Under the pieces are notes generated by a model that had not been told where the DNA came from, made no database searches, and saw only the letters and a program-made list of their open reading frames with translations. Position numbers and translations under genes: made by a program. Below, piece by piece: positions 24,833-38,059 of a stretch of 64,000 nt of DNA (positions within the stretch are counted from its first letter, which is position 1; each line of letters begins with the position of its first letter). The stretch comes from Octopus sinensis. Its lineage: Eukaryota. The DNA lies in NCBI RefSeq assembly GCF_006345805.1, contig NC_043009.1:25110001-25174000 (forward strand), written 5' to 3'.

Positions 24833-25645
24833 TAGAATAAATATCTCTCAGCATTTTGCCTGACGCTAACGATTGTGCTAAAGGTTGTCGTACATAAGTA
24901 GCTAAAACTTTCTTGAAGACTGACCTTCAGCTTGGGCCTTATCCAGTCAACAGAACACAAATTCTGCAGCCACCTTCTAATCTAATCTTCTAATATAATA
25001 ATGAGCGTAGTGTTTTTATATATTTGTATATATATATATATATATATATATATACAAAATCATGCAGAGTAGTATTAGCGAAGGGAGAGGAGAGAAAATA
25101 GTAATTCAGTGAAGGAGAAGTAGTGAGAGTAATAGCCCTGACTGAGAGAGAGTGAGTGAGAGAAAGTAATAGCAATGAGAAAAAGGAAGTGGCAAACAGC
25201 GTGTCGTGTAGCTTCTGTTTTTCTTCGTTACAGCATATGAATGAGAAAGGAATGGGTGATGGCAAACTTGGTAGTGGGATGATGGAAGTTCTACGGCGCA
25301 AAAAAACAAATCAAACAGCGTTTCAACTCTGCATGAGTATATGTGTGTATATATAAAAGGGGGTCATGTGAATGTTTGTGTGTATGTGTGTGTGTGTGTA
25401 ATGGAAGTGGGATGGTGAACATTCAACGCTGAAAAAAAAATCAAACAGCGTTTCAACGCTGTGTGAGTATATGTGTGTATTTGTGTGTGAGTACAAGGGA
25501 AGTATTTGAATGTATGTATGCGTAATTATTATGTACCTTATTTATATATGAAATACTACAATTAGCCGTCGTTTTTGACGGCATGGGGTGAACTAGTATC
25601 ATATAATCATATACAAGGCGGCGTAGCGGCCATTTTCTTCTTCTT

Positions 25646-25676
<31 letters not shown>

Positions 25677-25764
25677 TTATTCATTATTATTATTATTATT
25701 TAGTATTTATTATTATTATTATCTTATTATATTATTATTATTATATGTTATTATTATTATGATT

Positions 25765-26300
25765 GAGTGAGAGCAGTGCATGCCATCAAATGAGACATGG
25801 GGTAAAATATACGAAGCCCAATATACCCATATGAACTACCCGTCTGATAAGGGTACACCAGGCACATGCATCACAACCATATGTGCGCGACATGGTGATC
25901 TCATATCAAGATCAGCACATGATGCAGGTGGGGCCCAGTTAGTATTTTCTTCAGGTTGAGTAGACCATCCCGCTCAAAAGGTCCCTGAATAAGGGTTGTT
26001 TAAGGATGTTGAAAGAACCACCCATGTTTCAGAGGGGAATTATTCAAACCCCAAAGAATCCCTCTCAACACATGGCTATGATGCTCCCCCACTACTTCTG
26101 CTCGTAATCAGAGATGCACATATCGTCAGCCACTAAGGGATATGCTCAACTGGCTAAGGTCAAACAACTGACAAGCAAATCTGTGGTATTGAGCAGAATA
26201 TTTGCTGTATAGCCCATCTTTTATACCAAGACAAAACAATGTACATGATAACACTTCCAATCAGTTAAGATCAGAAGCCATGGAGAGCCACGCATTGGCA
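25765..26300. mobile_element. ~530-bp non-coding element flanked by (ATT)n, copy 1
   Basis: Near-identical to 26420-26970; partial third copy at 45595-45700; every copy borders (ATT)n. Confidence 0.8.
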
Positions 26301-26322
26301 TTTATTATTATTATTATTATTA

Positions 26323-26353
<31 letters not shown>

Positions 26354-26376
26354 TATTCATCATCCTCATCATCATC

Positions 26377-26411
<35 letters not shown>

Positions 26412-26419
26412 TTAGTTAT

Positions 26420-26970
26420 TATTAGCAGTGCCTGCCATCAACCACAAATTGACACTGGGGAACATATACGAAGCCCAAATACCCATCATGACTACCCGTC
26501 TGATAAGGGTACACCAGGCACATGCATCACAACCATATGTGCGCGACATGGTGATCTCATATCAAGATAATCAGGTGGGACCCCCAGGTGGGGCCCAGTT
26601 AGTTTTCTTCAGGTTGAGTAGCCCATCCCGCTCAAAAGGTCCCTGAATAAGGGTTGTTTAAGGATGTTGAAAGAACCACCCATGTTTCCAGAGGGGAATT
26701 ATTCAAACCCCAAAGAATCCCTCTCAACACATGGCTATGATGCTCCCCCACTACTTCTGCTCGTAATCAGAGATGCACATATCGTCAGCCACTAAGGGAT
26801 ATGCTCAACTGGCTAAGGTCAAACAACTGACAAGCAAATCTGTGGTATTGAGCAGAATATTTGCTGTAGCCCATCTTTTATACCAAGACAAAACAATGTA
26901 CATGATAACACTTCCAATCAGTTAAGATCAGAAGCCATGAGAGCCACTGCCTGGTACTGCATCAGGGCAT
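26420..26970. mobile_element. ~530-bp non-coding element flanked by (ATT)n, copy 2
   Basis: Tandem direct repeat of 25765-26300, separated by (ATT)n. Confidence 0.8.
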
Positions 26971-26988
26971 TTATTATTATTATTATTA

Positions 26989-27023
<35 letters not shown>

Positions 27024-27093
27024 CTTCATATCATATTATCATCATCATCTCATTATTATTATTATTATTATATTATTTATTATTATTATTATA

Positions 27094-27130
<37 letters not shown>

Positions 27131-27156
27131 TATTATTATTATTATATATTATTATT

Positions 27157-27378
27157 AAGGCGGCAAGCTGGCAGAATGGCCAGCAGGCCGGGCGAAATGC
27201 TGAATGACACTCCTTCTGTCTTCGTGTTCTGAGTTCAAATTCCGCCGGAGTCGAATTTGCCTATCATCCTTTCGGGGGTTCGATAAATTAAATATCAGTG
27301 AAACACTTGAGGTTGATGTAATCGACTAGTCCCCATCCCCATAAATTTCAGGCCTTGTGTCTTTAATAGAAAGGATTA
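27157..27378 (+). mobile_element. SINE family B, head abutting (ATT)n
   Basis: aaggcggcaagctggcagaat...gagttcaaattccgcc...ggccttgtgtctttaatagaaaggatt. Confidence 0.85.
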
Positions 27379-27842
27379 GATAATTAGCATGGTGTGTTTA
27401 TATATAATTGTTATTAGTAATACTGTGTACGTAAAAGAAGCATGGGAAAATACGCTGAGAACAAAATAATCGAAATGCCAGCTTGAGAGTTTGTGAAGAC
27501 GTCCGACCGGTTAGCGTTGAGTGACCCCCGCCCCCAAATAAAGAATTGCTACATAAGCGACAGCAGGTAACTGTTGTAGAAGTGGTAGCAGAAGTGGTAT
27601 TTGTGAAGGGGGGGAGGTAGCGGCGCAGCTAGTAGCAGTGTTATTTAGTAGTAGTAGTGGTGGTGGTGGTGGTGGTGGTGGTGGTGGTGGTGGTGGTGGT
27701 GATGCTAGTGATTATAATACTGCTTGCGTAGGTAATGTTGGTGGTGCTATGGTAGTGGTACTACTACAACAACAACTACTACTACTACTACAACTACAAC
27801 TACTACAACTACTACCACTACTAGCACTACCACCACCGCCAT

Positions 27843-27877
<35 letters not shown>

Positions 27878-28093
27878 ACACCACCACCACTACCACCACT
27901 ACTACTACGACTACTACTACTACTACCACCACCACCAGTACCACTACTAATATCCGAACTACTACTACTACTACTACTACTACTACTGTTGGTGGTACTA
28001 ATAGTAGTAATGGAAATGCTTGAATAGTGGTGTTTGTAGTGGTGCTGGGAGCAGTAATCATAATAATGATGGTGGTGGTGGTGGTGGCATTGT

Positions 28094-28565
28094 GGAGGCG
28101 CAATAGCCCAGTGGTTAGGGTAGCGGATCGCGGTCGTAAGATCGCAGTTTCGATTCCCAGACCGGGTATTGTGAGTGTTTATTGAGCGAAAACATCTAAA
28201 GCTCCACAAGGCTCCAGCAGGGCGTTGTGAGTATTTATTGAGGTTCCGGCAGGGGGTAGGGGTGAACTCTGCTGTACTCTTTCACCACAACTTTCTCTCA
28301 CTCTTTCTTCCTGTTTCTGTTGCACCTGTATTTCAAAGGGCCAGCCTTGTCACACTCTGTGTTGCGCCGAATTTCCCCGATAACTACATTAAGGGTAGGC
28401 GTGTCTGTGGAGTGCTCAGCCACTTGCACGTTAATAAATGAGCTACGACATCACTGGTACCAAGCGGTTGAGAAGGGAGGCTGGTTTGCGTGGGTGGCCG
28501 CTGGTCTTCCATAAACGACCTTGCCCGGATTTATGCCTCGGAGGATAACTTTCTATGTGCAATCC
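28094..28565 (+). mobile_element. SINE family C (tRNA-derived)
   Basis: A-box tagcccagtgg, B-box gtttcgattcc, body ctctttcaccacaactttctctcactc shared with 47209 and 53401. Confidence 0.88.
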
Positions 28566-28645
28566 CATGGTCATTCATGACCGAAGGGGGTCACAAGGTG
28601 GTGGCATTACAGATAGGTGTAGTAGTACTGATAAAGATGGTGTTG

Positions 28646-28699
<54 letters not shown>

Positions 28700-28784
28700 A
28701 CAGCAGCACAGGGAGTCATATTCGCTGTATTGGTGGTTCTACTTGGCGCAGAAGCATTAGTAGTATTAGTATTAATATATTCTT

Positions 28785-29180
28785 TTCTACTCTCGGCACA
28801 AGGCCCGAAATTTTGGGGGATGGGACCAGTCGATCAGATCCAACCCATTACGCAACTGGTACTTAATTTATCGACCCCGAAAGGATGAAAGGCAAAGTCA
28901 ACCTCGGCGGAATTTGAACTCAGAACGTAGTTGCAGACGAAATACCTATTTCTTTACAACCCACAAGGGGCTAAACACAGAGGGAACAAACAAGGACAGA
29001 CAAACGGATTAAGACGATTACATCGACCCCAGTGCGTAACTGGTACTTAATTTATCGACCTCGAAAGGATGAAAGGCAAAGTTGACCTCGGCGGAATTTG
29101 AACTCAGAACGTAACTGCAGACGAAATACGGCTTCGCATTTCGCCCGGCGTGCGAACTTTTCTGCCAGCTCGCCGCCTTA
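28785..29180 (-). mobile_element. SINE family B, dimeric
   Basis: Two copies of ggcggaatttgaactcagaacgta; head gccagctcgccgcctt. Confidence 0.9.
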
Positions 29181-29384
29181 TTAGTATTAATATCTTTATT
29201 TTAAAATGGGGCTAGATGGCAGAATCGTTAGAGAGTCCGGCTCTGTAAGTTCTAAGTTCAAATCCCGCCGAGATAAATTTATAGTACCAATCAAGTACTA
29301 AAGTTAACATCAATGACTAAAGCCCCTCCTCTAAAAACTCCTGGATGTTGTACCTAAATTCGAAATAAGCGTGATTATTAAATT

Positions 29385-29600
29385 CGGCGAGTTGGCAGAA
29401 TCGTTAGCACGCCGGGCGGAATGCTTAGCGGCATTTCGTGCGTCTTTACGTTCAAAGTTCAAATTCCGCTGAGGTCGACTTTGCCTTTCATACTTTCGGG
29501 ATCGATAAATTGAGTAGCAGTGAAACACTGGGGGTCGATTTAATCAACTGGTCCCATCCCCTAAAATTTCAGGCCTTGTGTCTTTAATAGGAAGGCTTAT
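29385..29600 (+). mobile_element. SINE family B
   Basis: ggcgagttggcagaatcgttagcacgccgggcg...aagttcaaattccgctgaggtcgac. Confidence 0.9.
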
Positions 29601-30357
29601 TGTTATTGATTGTAACCATATTGATAGCGTAAATAATTATGGTGCTGGCGTAGATGGGTGGGCTGGTTGCGGTGCTAGAGATTGTGGTAACAGTAGAGCA
29701 ATGAGTATTGTGTGAATGGTGTACATTTAAGTTGCGAATCTCAAGAGGAATGTGTATGTCGATAATACCAAGCTTTACGCTGTTCAACGGTGGGTAAAAG
29801 GTATAATATTAGAATTTTATTAGGATATAGAATTATCAAACTTTGTCCTCCACAGTATTTCAACTCATAGCACAGAGACTCAGACAATTGCAGCGAGGCA
29901 TTTTATTCCGTGCTCTAATCAAACTGCTAATTCGCCTCAAGTTGATTGTATGAGTTAATCGGAAGATGATGGTCGCATTTCCGTTTTTCTTTTATTTGTA
30001 TTTTGTTTGCTATTTGCGGTATTTTGAGGAAGGGTCTTTTGGTGCATTGCTTTCTCTCTATTTATAAGCATGTGGGAGTTTTTTTTTAATGCACGAATGA
30101 GCCTTCTTTTTGTGGAGACACATCGTCTCGGAATATTTTCTCACGTTCAGAGATGAACTGCATCATGTTTCTGGCAAAGTCTATGTAGGAGTACTTCAAA
30201 TTATTGCATCCATCTATTCTTTAAGACAGTGTGGTGTGGCTTAAAAGAGATTTAGCTTGTAATTTCATCAGATGGACGGAACAAGCAGAACATAATTGAT
30301 TGCATACGTACTACATCTGCCATTGTAGCAGCAGCAGCAGCGGCGCAGTAGTAGTAG

Positions 30358-30402
<45 letters not shown>

Positions 30403-30590
30403 AGTAGTAGTAGTGTAGTAGTAGTAGTAGTAGTAGCAAGAGCAGTAATAGTAGTAGTGATGTATATCAGCTGAAAAGTTGTTGTTTAACCCCAAGTCAG
30501 TCCATATGAGACAGACCCCGGATCAAAAGCACCCCAAGCGTGACCAATTCGTCTTTTTTCCTCAGGTCTCATGTACATTAGACAACGTTG

Positions 30591-30808
30591 AAGGCGGCGA
30601 GCTGGCCGAAACGTTAGCACGCAGGGCGAAATACTAAGTGGTATTTCGTCTGTCTTTACGTTCTGAGTTCAAATTCCGCCGAGGCTGACTTTGCCTTTCA
30701 TCCTTTCGGGGTCGATAAATTAAGTACCAGTTACGTACTGGGGTCGATTTAATTGACTAGCCCCCTCTCTCCAAATTTCGGGCCTTGTGCCTAGAGTAGA
30801 AAAGAATT
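30591..30808 (+). mobile_element. SINE family B
   Basis: aaggcggcgagctggccgaaacgttagc...ggccttgtgcctagagtagaaaagaa. Confidence 0.9.
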
Positions 30809-31179
30809 TTCCTTCTTGATACGGTACAGAGAGGTTGCAGATTGTGAGCTATGTTACTGTTATTTCTAGCAGGTTAAGAGACTGCCTAGTGTCCTTTCAT
30901 TACCTTGTTATCTTAAAAGTTGTGTGATAAAAAAATTCGCTTAACAATCACGCGGTACCAGGTTCAATCCCACTGACCGGATGAAATGAGATGATTGCGC
31001 ACCACTGTTGGAACGCTAACAACCTTGCACGGCTGAGTGGATATTCAACCGTTTGGCGACGATGTTCTTTGATTTAAGAGGTAAACACGCATACACGTGC
31101 ATGCGCAGAAGCTTATACATACACTGGGTGTGTGTATTCGTTGTGTTTGCGTGTGTGTGAATATGTATGTGTGCGTGTA

Positions 31180-31218
<39 letters not shown>

Positions 31219-31224
31219 TTATAT

Positions 31225-31288
<64 letters not shown>

Positions 31289-32655
31289 TATATAATATAT
31301 ATATATAATATATATTCTGTGTGAGTTAGAGGTTGAGGAACCAACTAAGAGAGAGTACTCATCCAATAGACTGAGTACCCAGTTATTTATACCCAAGTGC
31401 TAGTTATTGCGTGGCAATCTCGCAATTGAGTATTATATATTATTTGCCACACACACACACACATATATATATATATACTTATAAACACATACATACACAC
31501 ACATATATAGAGAGAAAGTAGATAGACAAATAGACAGACAGACTGACAGATAGATGGAATGAAAGAAAGAAGGAAGGGAAGAAAGAAAGAGAGATTAATA
31601 AATAGGTAGAAAGATAGACAGATATACACACGCATCACACATACAGACACACATACACACATATATATGTATGTATATGTATACGTATATGTATATATAT
31701 ATATATGTGTGTGTGTGTACACATATGCATATATACAAACGTGCGCACACATGCACTCGTACACGCACACGCAGAGAGATGTGTCTGCATGAGTCTGTAT
31801 GACGCGTGTGTCTTTGCGTGAGCATACATATGCTTGTCTGTATGTATATGAGTGTGTGCGCGTGTGTACGTGTGTGTGTATATTTGTGTGCATGTGTGTG
31901 TGGTGTGTGTGTGTTTGTGTGTTTGAATGCCTGTGCACACGTAATTTATGACATAAGTTCAAACAAACATAACCGCCATGATTAAAGCTGTCAGCGCCAA
32001 AAATATTGTTTTTAGTTTTTCTTTAAAGAAAAAAATAAATATTTTATTTTCTTCTACAAAACACAATTTCAGCTTGTACGATTACAAAGATGCAATAACT
32101 TTCGCATAGAATCGTCTCCAGTCTTCTAAGGATTCTCTGTGAGTATATACAAACGTATGGCATTCAACCGGAACAGAAAAATTCTTTTAATACATTGCAC
32201 TTACACTTTGAAATCAATGGGCTTTCTTTTTGTTTGGATCTAGCTTGATTGCACATTTATGCAACATTGCAACACTCTGTGCACCTTCTGATACCGTAAG
32301 AATATTTGGAGCACTTCAAACCATCACGATGGTAATATTTTTAGACAGAACGGTTGCGAGGAAGTTCGTCCTTTACAGGTGGTCCTCAAGTTATCATTTC
32401 CGCAAGGGCAATTCCTGAACTGTCAAACTACTGCTGCTCCCGCTGTTGCTGTTGCTGCTGCTGCTGCTGCTACTACTACTACTACTACTACTTACTACTA
32501 CTACTACTACTGCTACTGCTTTTACTGCTGCTGCTGCTTTTACTGCTTTTTCTTCTTCTTCTTCTTTCTTTTGTTCCCTTGCTTTCCGAAAATTACATAC
32601 GTATACACACACACACATTATACATACATACATACATACATACACACACACACAC

Positions 32656-32692
<37 letters not shown>

Positions 32693-32741
32693 TGATAGAT
32701 AGATAGATAGACAGACAGACAGATAGACAGATAGATAGATT

Positions 32742-32824
<83 letters not shown>

Positions 32825-33334
32825 GGACAGACGGACGGATGGATGGATGGATGGATGGATATGATAGCGTATACTCGAATCGTTAAAGAGTTCTTCCAAT
32901 TTTTGTGAGTTTCAATACCTTGTTTTTTTCTGTTACCTCTTCTACGTGATTTCTCTGTCTCTCTTTCTCTCTGTCTCTCTCTCACACACCCACACCTACA
33001 CCCACATACACACACATACACACATATACACACACATCTATATATGTGCCTAAGTATATACATACATTTATACATACATATGTACATACACATATTTATA
33101 TATACATATGCACACATACACACACGCACACGCACATACACACATGTATATTTAAGTCCTTGGGTCGAATTGCTCATTTAATCTCCTCAAACCGTGCCCC
33201 AGCATGGCCGCAGTCCAGTGAATGAAATGAGTGAATGGATAAGACAAAATAATATTGACTTTTCATATGATATTCTCTCTCACCATAATTTCAATATTTG
33301 TAGATGATAAATTCGTGCATTTAAAACAACGTAT

Positions 33335-33480
33335 GGTGTAGTGGTTAGAGTATCGAGCTCACGATGGTGAGTTTTGTGCGTTCAATTCCTAGACCAGGTA
33401 ATGTCTTCATTGCACTCTCGAGCAAGGTATATCATTTCACGTTACCTCAGCATACTCAGATAAAAATGAGTGCCAGCAGT
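33335..33480 (+). mobile_element. Diverged tRNA-headed SINE (family C-like)
   Basis: tggtgtagtggttagag A-box, cgttcaattcct B-box. Confidence 0.5.
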
Positions 33481-33734
33481 GTCGGGTATTAATTGCTTGT
33501 AAGGCTGGTGATCTATCGCCAGTGCTATCAACTGCTTTACATCATTTTTTGAAGTTGAACAGCAAAACTGCTCGACTATCGTACTTTAGCAGCTCCATTT
33601 CAAATGATTGTAACAACGGTGAAAAAAAATATCAATGATAATTTATTGATGCATTTGGGTAAACCTATGTCTATATTATCAGACAACTGCAAAAAAAAAA
33701 AAGATGTCTAAAAACATTTGAAAACTCTGCAAAA

Positions 33735-33818
<84 letters not shown>

Positions 33819-33821
<3 letters not shown>

Positions 33822-34047
33822 TATTGCTCACAAGGGGCTAAACATAGAGGGGACAAACAAAGACAGACAAAGTGATTAAGTCAATTACATCGACCCCAGT
33901 GCGTAACTGGTACTTTATTTATCGACCCCGACAGGATGAAAGGCAAAGTTGACCTTGGCGGAATTCGAACTCAGAAATGTAACATCAGACGAAATACCAC
34001 TAAGCATTTTGCCCAGTGCGCTAACGTTTCTGCCAGCTCGCCGCCTT
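33819..34047 (-). mobile_element. SINE family B
   Basis: ggcggaattcgaactcagaa and gccagctcgccgcctt, the reverse of the family B head. Confidence 0.88.
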
Positions 34048-34114
34048 ATCTATATATATATATATATACACACACACATATATGTATACACACACACACA
34101 CACACACACACACT

Positions 34115-34146
<32 letters not shown>

Positions 34147-34197
34147 TATATATATAAATCTTTGTTCATGTTTGGATTAACTATATAAATATATATA

Positions 34198-34569
34198 TCT
34201 TATATAAAATCCGTTCTGTGTGTGTGTGTGTGTGTGTGTAGCTTCTAGGATCTCGGGCATCCTCCATCCGATTGCGCTCAAATTTGATATGTAGATACCG
34301 ACGGTATCAGGGCGTGTATAAGTCATGCAAAAATCACAAAAATCAATTCCAGGTGAGAATGCGACGATAAAGCCGCGGAAAATCATTTTTCTTTGCAATA
34401 GAAAAAAGTCTATCTTTATTTCTTCTTTTGCTGGTGTCTCAAATTTAGGTTAAATCGGTGTTTCTCAAAGGGGAGGCCTATGGGACGGTCGGACAAGTTC
34501 TTTTGAGAAAATTTGGTTTAAATGTTTGACAACTCAGCACCGTCCATTGGACGTGGGGCGTTTTGCTCG
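34198..34569 (+). mobile_element. Non-autonomous Helitron-type element, apparently complete
   Basis: 5' A|TCTTATATAAAA followed by (GT)n and a ccgattgcgctcaaattt motif; 3' hairpin CGTCC-ATT-GGACG about 12 nt before CTCG|T (CTAG variant); inserted between A and T. Confidence 0.65.
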
Positions 34570-34869
34570 TATATATATATAATAACGTTCTTAACGATGC
34601 TATTTTGTTTATTTCGTTGAATCTTATCGGTTTTAAACTTAACCTTTGTATTTCTCGAAACATCCATGAATGTGTTCTGCCTTGCGTTTAGTTTTCTGCT
34701 TACTCCGATGATTCTTAAAATGAAACGACGAATGACATTTCAAAAGCAATTTAGCTGTTAAATAATGTGTGTGTGTGCGTGCGTGTATGTGTGTGTGTGT
34801 GTGTAAAATTATTTTCGTAGTTATTAAAATTGGAGTTATTCGTTTCTCGAGTCTCTCACGTCTGAAGAT

Positions 34870-35430
34870 TGCGAGTATGCTTACATACATACATGCATAC
34901 ATACACACATACATACATACATACATACACACATACATACATACGTATATATAATATACATACACATATACACACATACACACATACATAGATACACACA
35001 TACATAGATACACACATACATACATATATATAACATACATACACATATACACACATACACACATACATACTTACATACATACATACACACATACATACAT
35101 ACTTACACATACATATATACATATATATATATAATATGCATACACATATACACACATACACACATGCATACCTACATTCACACGTACATACATACACACA
35201 TACATACATACATACATACATACTACATACATACACACACATACATACATACATACATACATACATACACATACATACATACACACATACATACATACAT
35301 ACATACATACATACACACATACATACATACACACATACATACATACATACATACATACACACATACATACATACACACATACATACATACATACATACAT
35401 ACATACATACATACATACATACATGTACAT
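34870..35430. repeat. (TACA)n/(CA)n compound microsatellite
   Basis: Direct observation. Confidence 0.95.
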
Positions 35431-35839
35431 GCATACCATTCTATTTGAATATTTTCGATGCCAAACCATTTCTTGTGCTACATGTGAACCAAATGCAGAA
35501 GGATTAATTCCTACATATTTAATCTATTAATTAAATTTTAATCTAAATATAATTTAAACACAGCTTGCTTTATTAATTTATGTACGAACATGTTAAGAGA
35601 AAATCGTAAGCAGCTATAAATTTCAGCCGTCTCAACTAATCCTCTACGTGGTCGTCAGCCTTCGTAGAAATAGCAGCGAAAATCTCAAAAACACGGAAAA
35701 GACAAAAAATGAAAAAAAAAAACAAAAAACACACGTAAATGTTTTAAAAGAAAATGGAAGTTGACGGTCATTGAACTCCTTTGATCATAGGTATTGGTGG
35801 ATTTTGGTTGTCATGGGGGTTAATTAGGATGGATGGCTG

Positions 35840-36167
35840 AAGAAGAAGGATGAAGAGGTGGGTAAGAAGGGTAGGAGGAGATGGCAGAGAGGAAGGAAGA
35901 ATGGAAGAAAGAAGGAGAGGAGGAAGAGGAGGGACGGAGGGGGGAAAGAAGAGGAGGAAGAGAAGAACGAGGAGGAAGAGGAGAACGAGGAAGAAGAGGA
36001 GAACGAGGAGGAAGAGGAGAACAAGGAGCAAGAGGAGAACGAGGGGGAGAGGAGACGGAAAGGGAAAGGGAGGTGGAAGAGGAGAGGGATTGAGAAGGAT
36101 GTGGAAAGAAGAAGAAGAAGAAGAAGAAGAAGATGATGAAGAAGAAGAGGAAGAAGAAGAAGATGAT

Positions 36168-36202
<35 letters not shown>

Positions 36203-36210
36203 AAAAGAAA
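35840..36210. repeat. Polypurine (GAG/GAA)n tract with an 18-bp sub-repeat
   Basis: gaggaggaagaggagaac-like units, then (GAA)n. Confidence 0.9.
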
Positions 36211-36707
36211 AAGAGCAAAGGTTGATACTAACACACATATATACACTGACGCACAATCATGATCATCATTCCCACAGAGCCTTGAGGGCTAAAAGAATCA
36301 TCACACACACACACACACACACACATACACACATACACACACACTCACGAAGAAAATAGCACTATTCTGAAGCCATGTCATGTCAATTTCTTATTTTCGG
36401 TCCACAGAGAGTTGAAAATGAACGTCTACATTCGGGGTCGATAAAATACGAACCAGTTGAACATTGGGGTCGATGTAATCGACTTATCCGAAACTGCTGG
36501 CCTTGTGCCAAAGATTTGAAACCAGTATAACAAAGCCATTTATATTCATGTATCTCTGTGTCAGAACCATATATTGTTGAAACGATCGTAATGAAGGATT
36601 AACTGTAATTCCAGCTACTTCATTCTTGGATTTTCTTGAATGTATGTATGTATGTATGTATGTATGTATGTATGTATGTATATGTATCTCTCTCTCTCTC
36701 TCCTCTC

Positions 36708-36738
<31 letters not shown>

Positions 36739-36778
36739 ATATTATATATATATATTATATATATATTCAAATTAAAAA

Positions 36779-36819
36779 TGGCTGAAGACTAGCATCACGC
36801 TTGAAACTCAAGAGAACCA
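36779..36819 (+). ncRNA. Degenerate type I hammerhead-like motif, predicted inactive
   Basis: TGG-CTGAAGA-CTAGCATCACGCTT-GAAA-CTCAAGAG-AA-CCA: core, stem I and stem III present, but the cleavage triplet is GAA instead of GUH. Confidence 0.35.
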
Positions 36820-36939
36820 ACGAATTTGGATCAGACTGTTTTCAACCAGATATGTGTGTGTGTGTGTTGTCTATTTCAGACACTCCTTAAAGTGTCCATA
36901 GTAAAAAAAAAAACTTGTTCCTTGTCCACGTCTCGTAAA

Positions 36940-37095
36940 GACATCGATAAAATAAGCAGCGGACAAAAAACAAAAAATTAAAAAAAAAGGAAACAGAAGC
37001 AATACTGGGGTAGGATCGATATGATCCATGAAGACACTATGAGGCAGTGCCCCAGCATGGCCACTGCTCTTAGTTTGAAATCAGAACAACAGTAA
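36940..37095 (-). mobile_element. SINE family A-type 3' fragments, diverged
   Basis: catcgataaaataag and gcagtgccccagcatggccac tail motif; internal orientation is mixed and uncertain. Confidence 0.4.
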
Positions 37096-37234
37096 AAGTG
37101 AAAAAAGGATTTGTGTCTGTGCATGTATGTACGTATGTATATAAGATTGTGCGTGTATGTGTGTATATGTATATATTTACACATACATACATACATTATA
37201 CATATATGTACATGCATGCACACACTCACGCACA

Positions 37235-37276
<42 letters not shown>

Positions 37277-37503
37277 CATATGTATATATGTGTGTATAAA
37301 TATATATGCAATATATGTATGTAGATATATATGTATATATCTAATCTACGTATATATATTATATATATGTATAATTCAATATATATATATATAATATATA
37401 TATATATATGTATATTCATTTATATAGATGTGTGTTTTTGTATATATGTATGCATTAAATATACATATGTATATATGGACATGTGTGTGTATCTATAATG
37501 TAC

Positions 37504-37557
<54 letters not shown>

Positions 37558-38059
37558 GTATATATTAGATATATATATTGTGTGTGTGTGTGTGTGTGTA
37601 TGTATTTATGTATTATGCATACATATCCTAGATGAATGTATACATATGCAAATACAAATACAAACGAGACTGATTTTTGTTTTTTTTTCCTTTTTGTCTT
37701 CTGCTTCGTCTAAACACACATCAACACGTTCCATAAACAAGTAATTGAGCTCCTCGGCCATAACAATCGACAATGCAAGTTCGTCACAACACGCAAGCAC
37801 ACACCCATACACTCACACACACACACACACACACACATGCACACACGCACGCACGTACGTATACATGCGCATACACAGCCGGCAAGCAGGATGTGGAAGT
37901 CTTTGAAGAGCATTTTGACAAAACCACAGACAATAATGGAAAAGATAAGAAAGGCTACTTGTTGTTTACCCATCGAGAAAGGTGCGTATATATGAGGAAA
38001 TGAATGGAGAAAAGGGGGAGGGTTCTTTCGGTGAAAGCGGGGTTGGGGGCTGGCTGCGA

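Noticed and set aside
28094-28170. tRNA genes at SINE heads (also 47209 and 53401)
   Set aside because: A and B boxes are present but there is no complete cloverleaf, and the sequence continues into shared SINE bodies
29727-29789. Candidate exon ANLKRNVYVDNTKLYAVQR
   Set aside because: Weak acceptor, unrecognised peptide, and no stop-free continuation into a recognisable protein in downstream candidate exons
35768-36359. Acidic E/D-rich ORF resembling a nucleolar protein tail
   Set aside because: Pure (GAA/GAG)n repeat open in several frames on both strands
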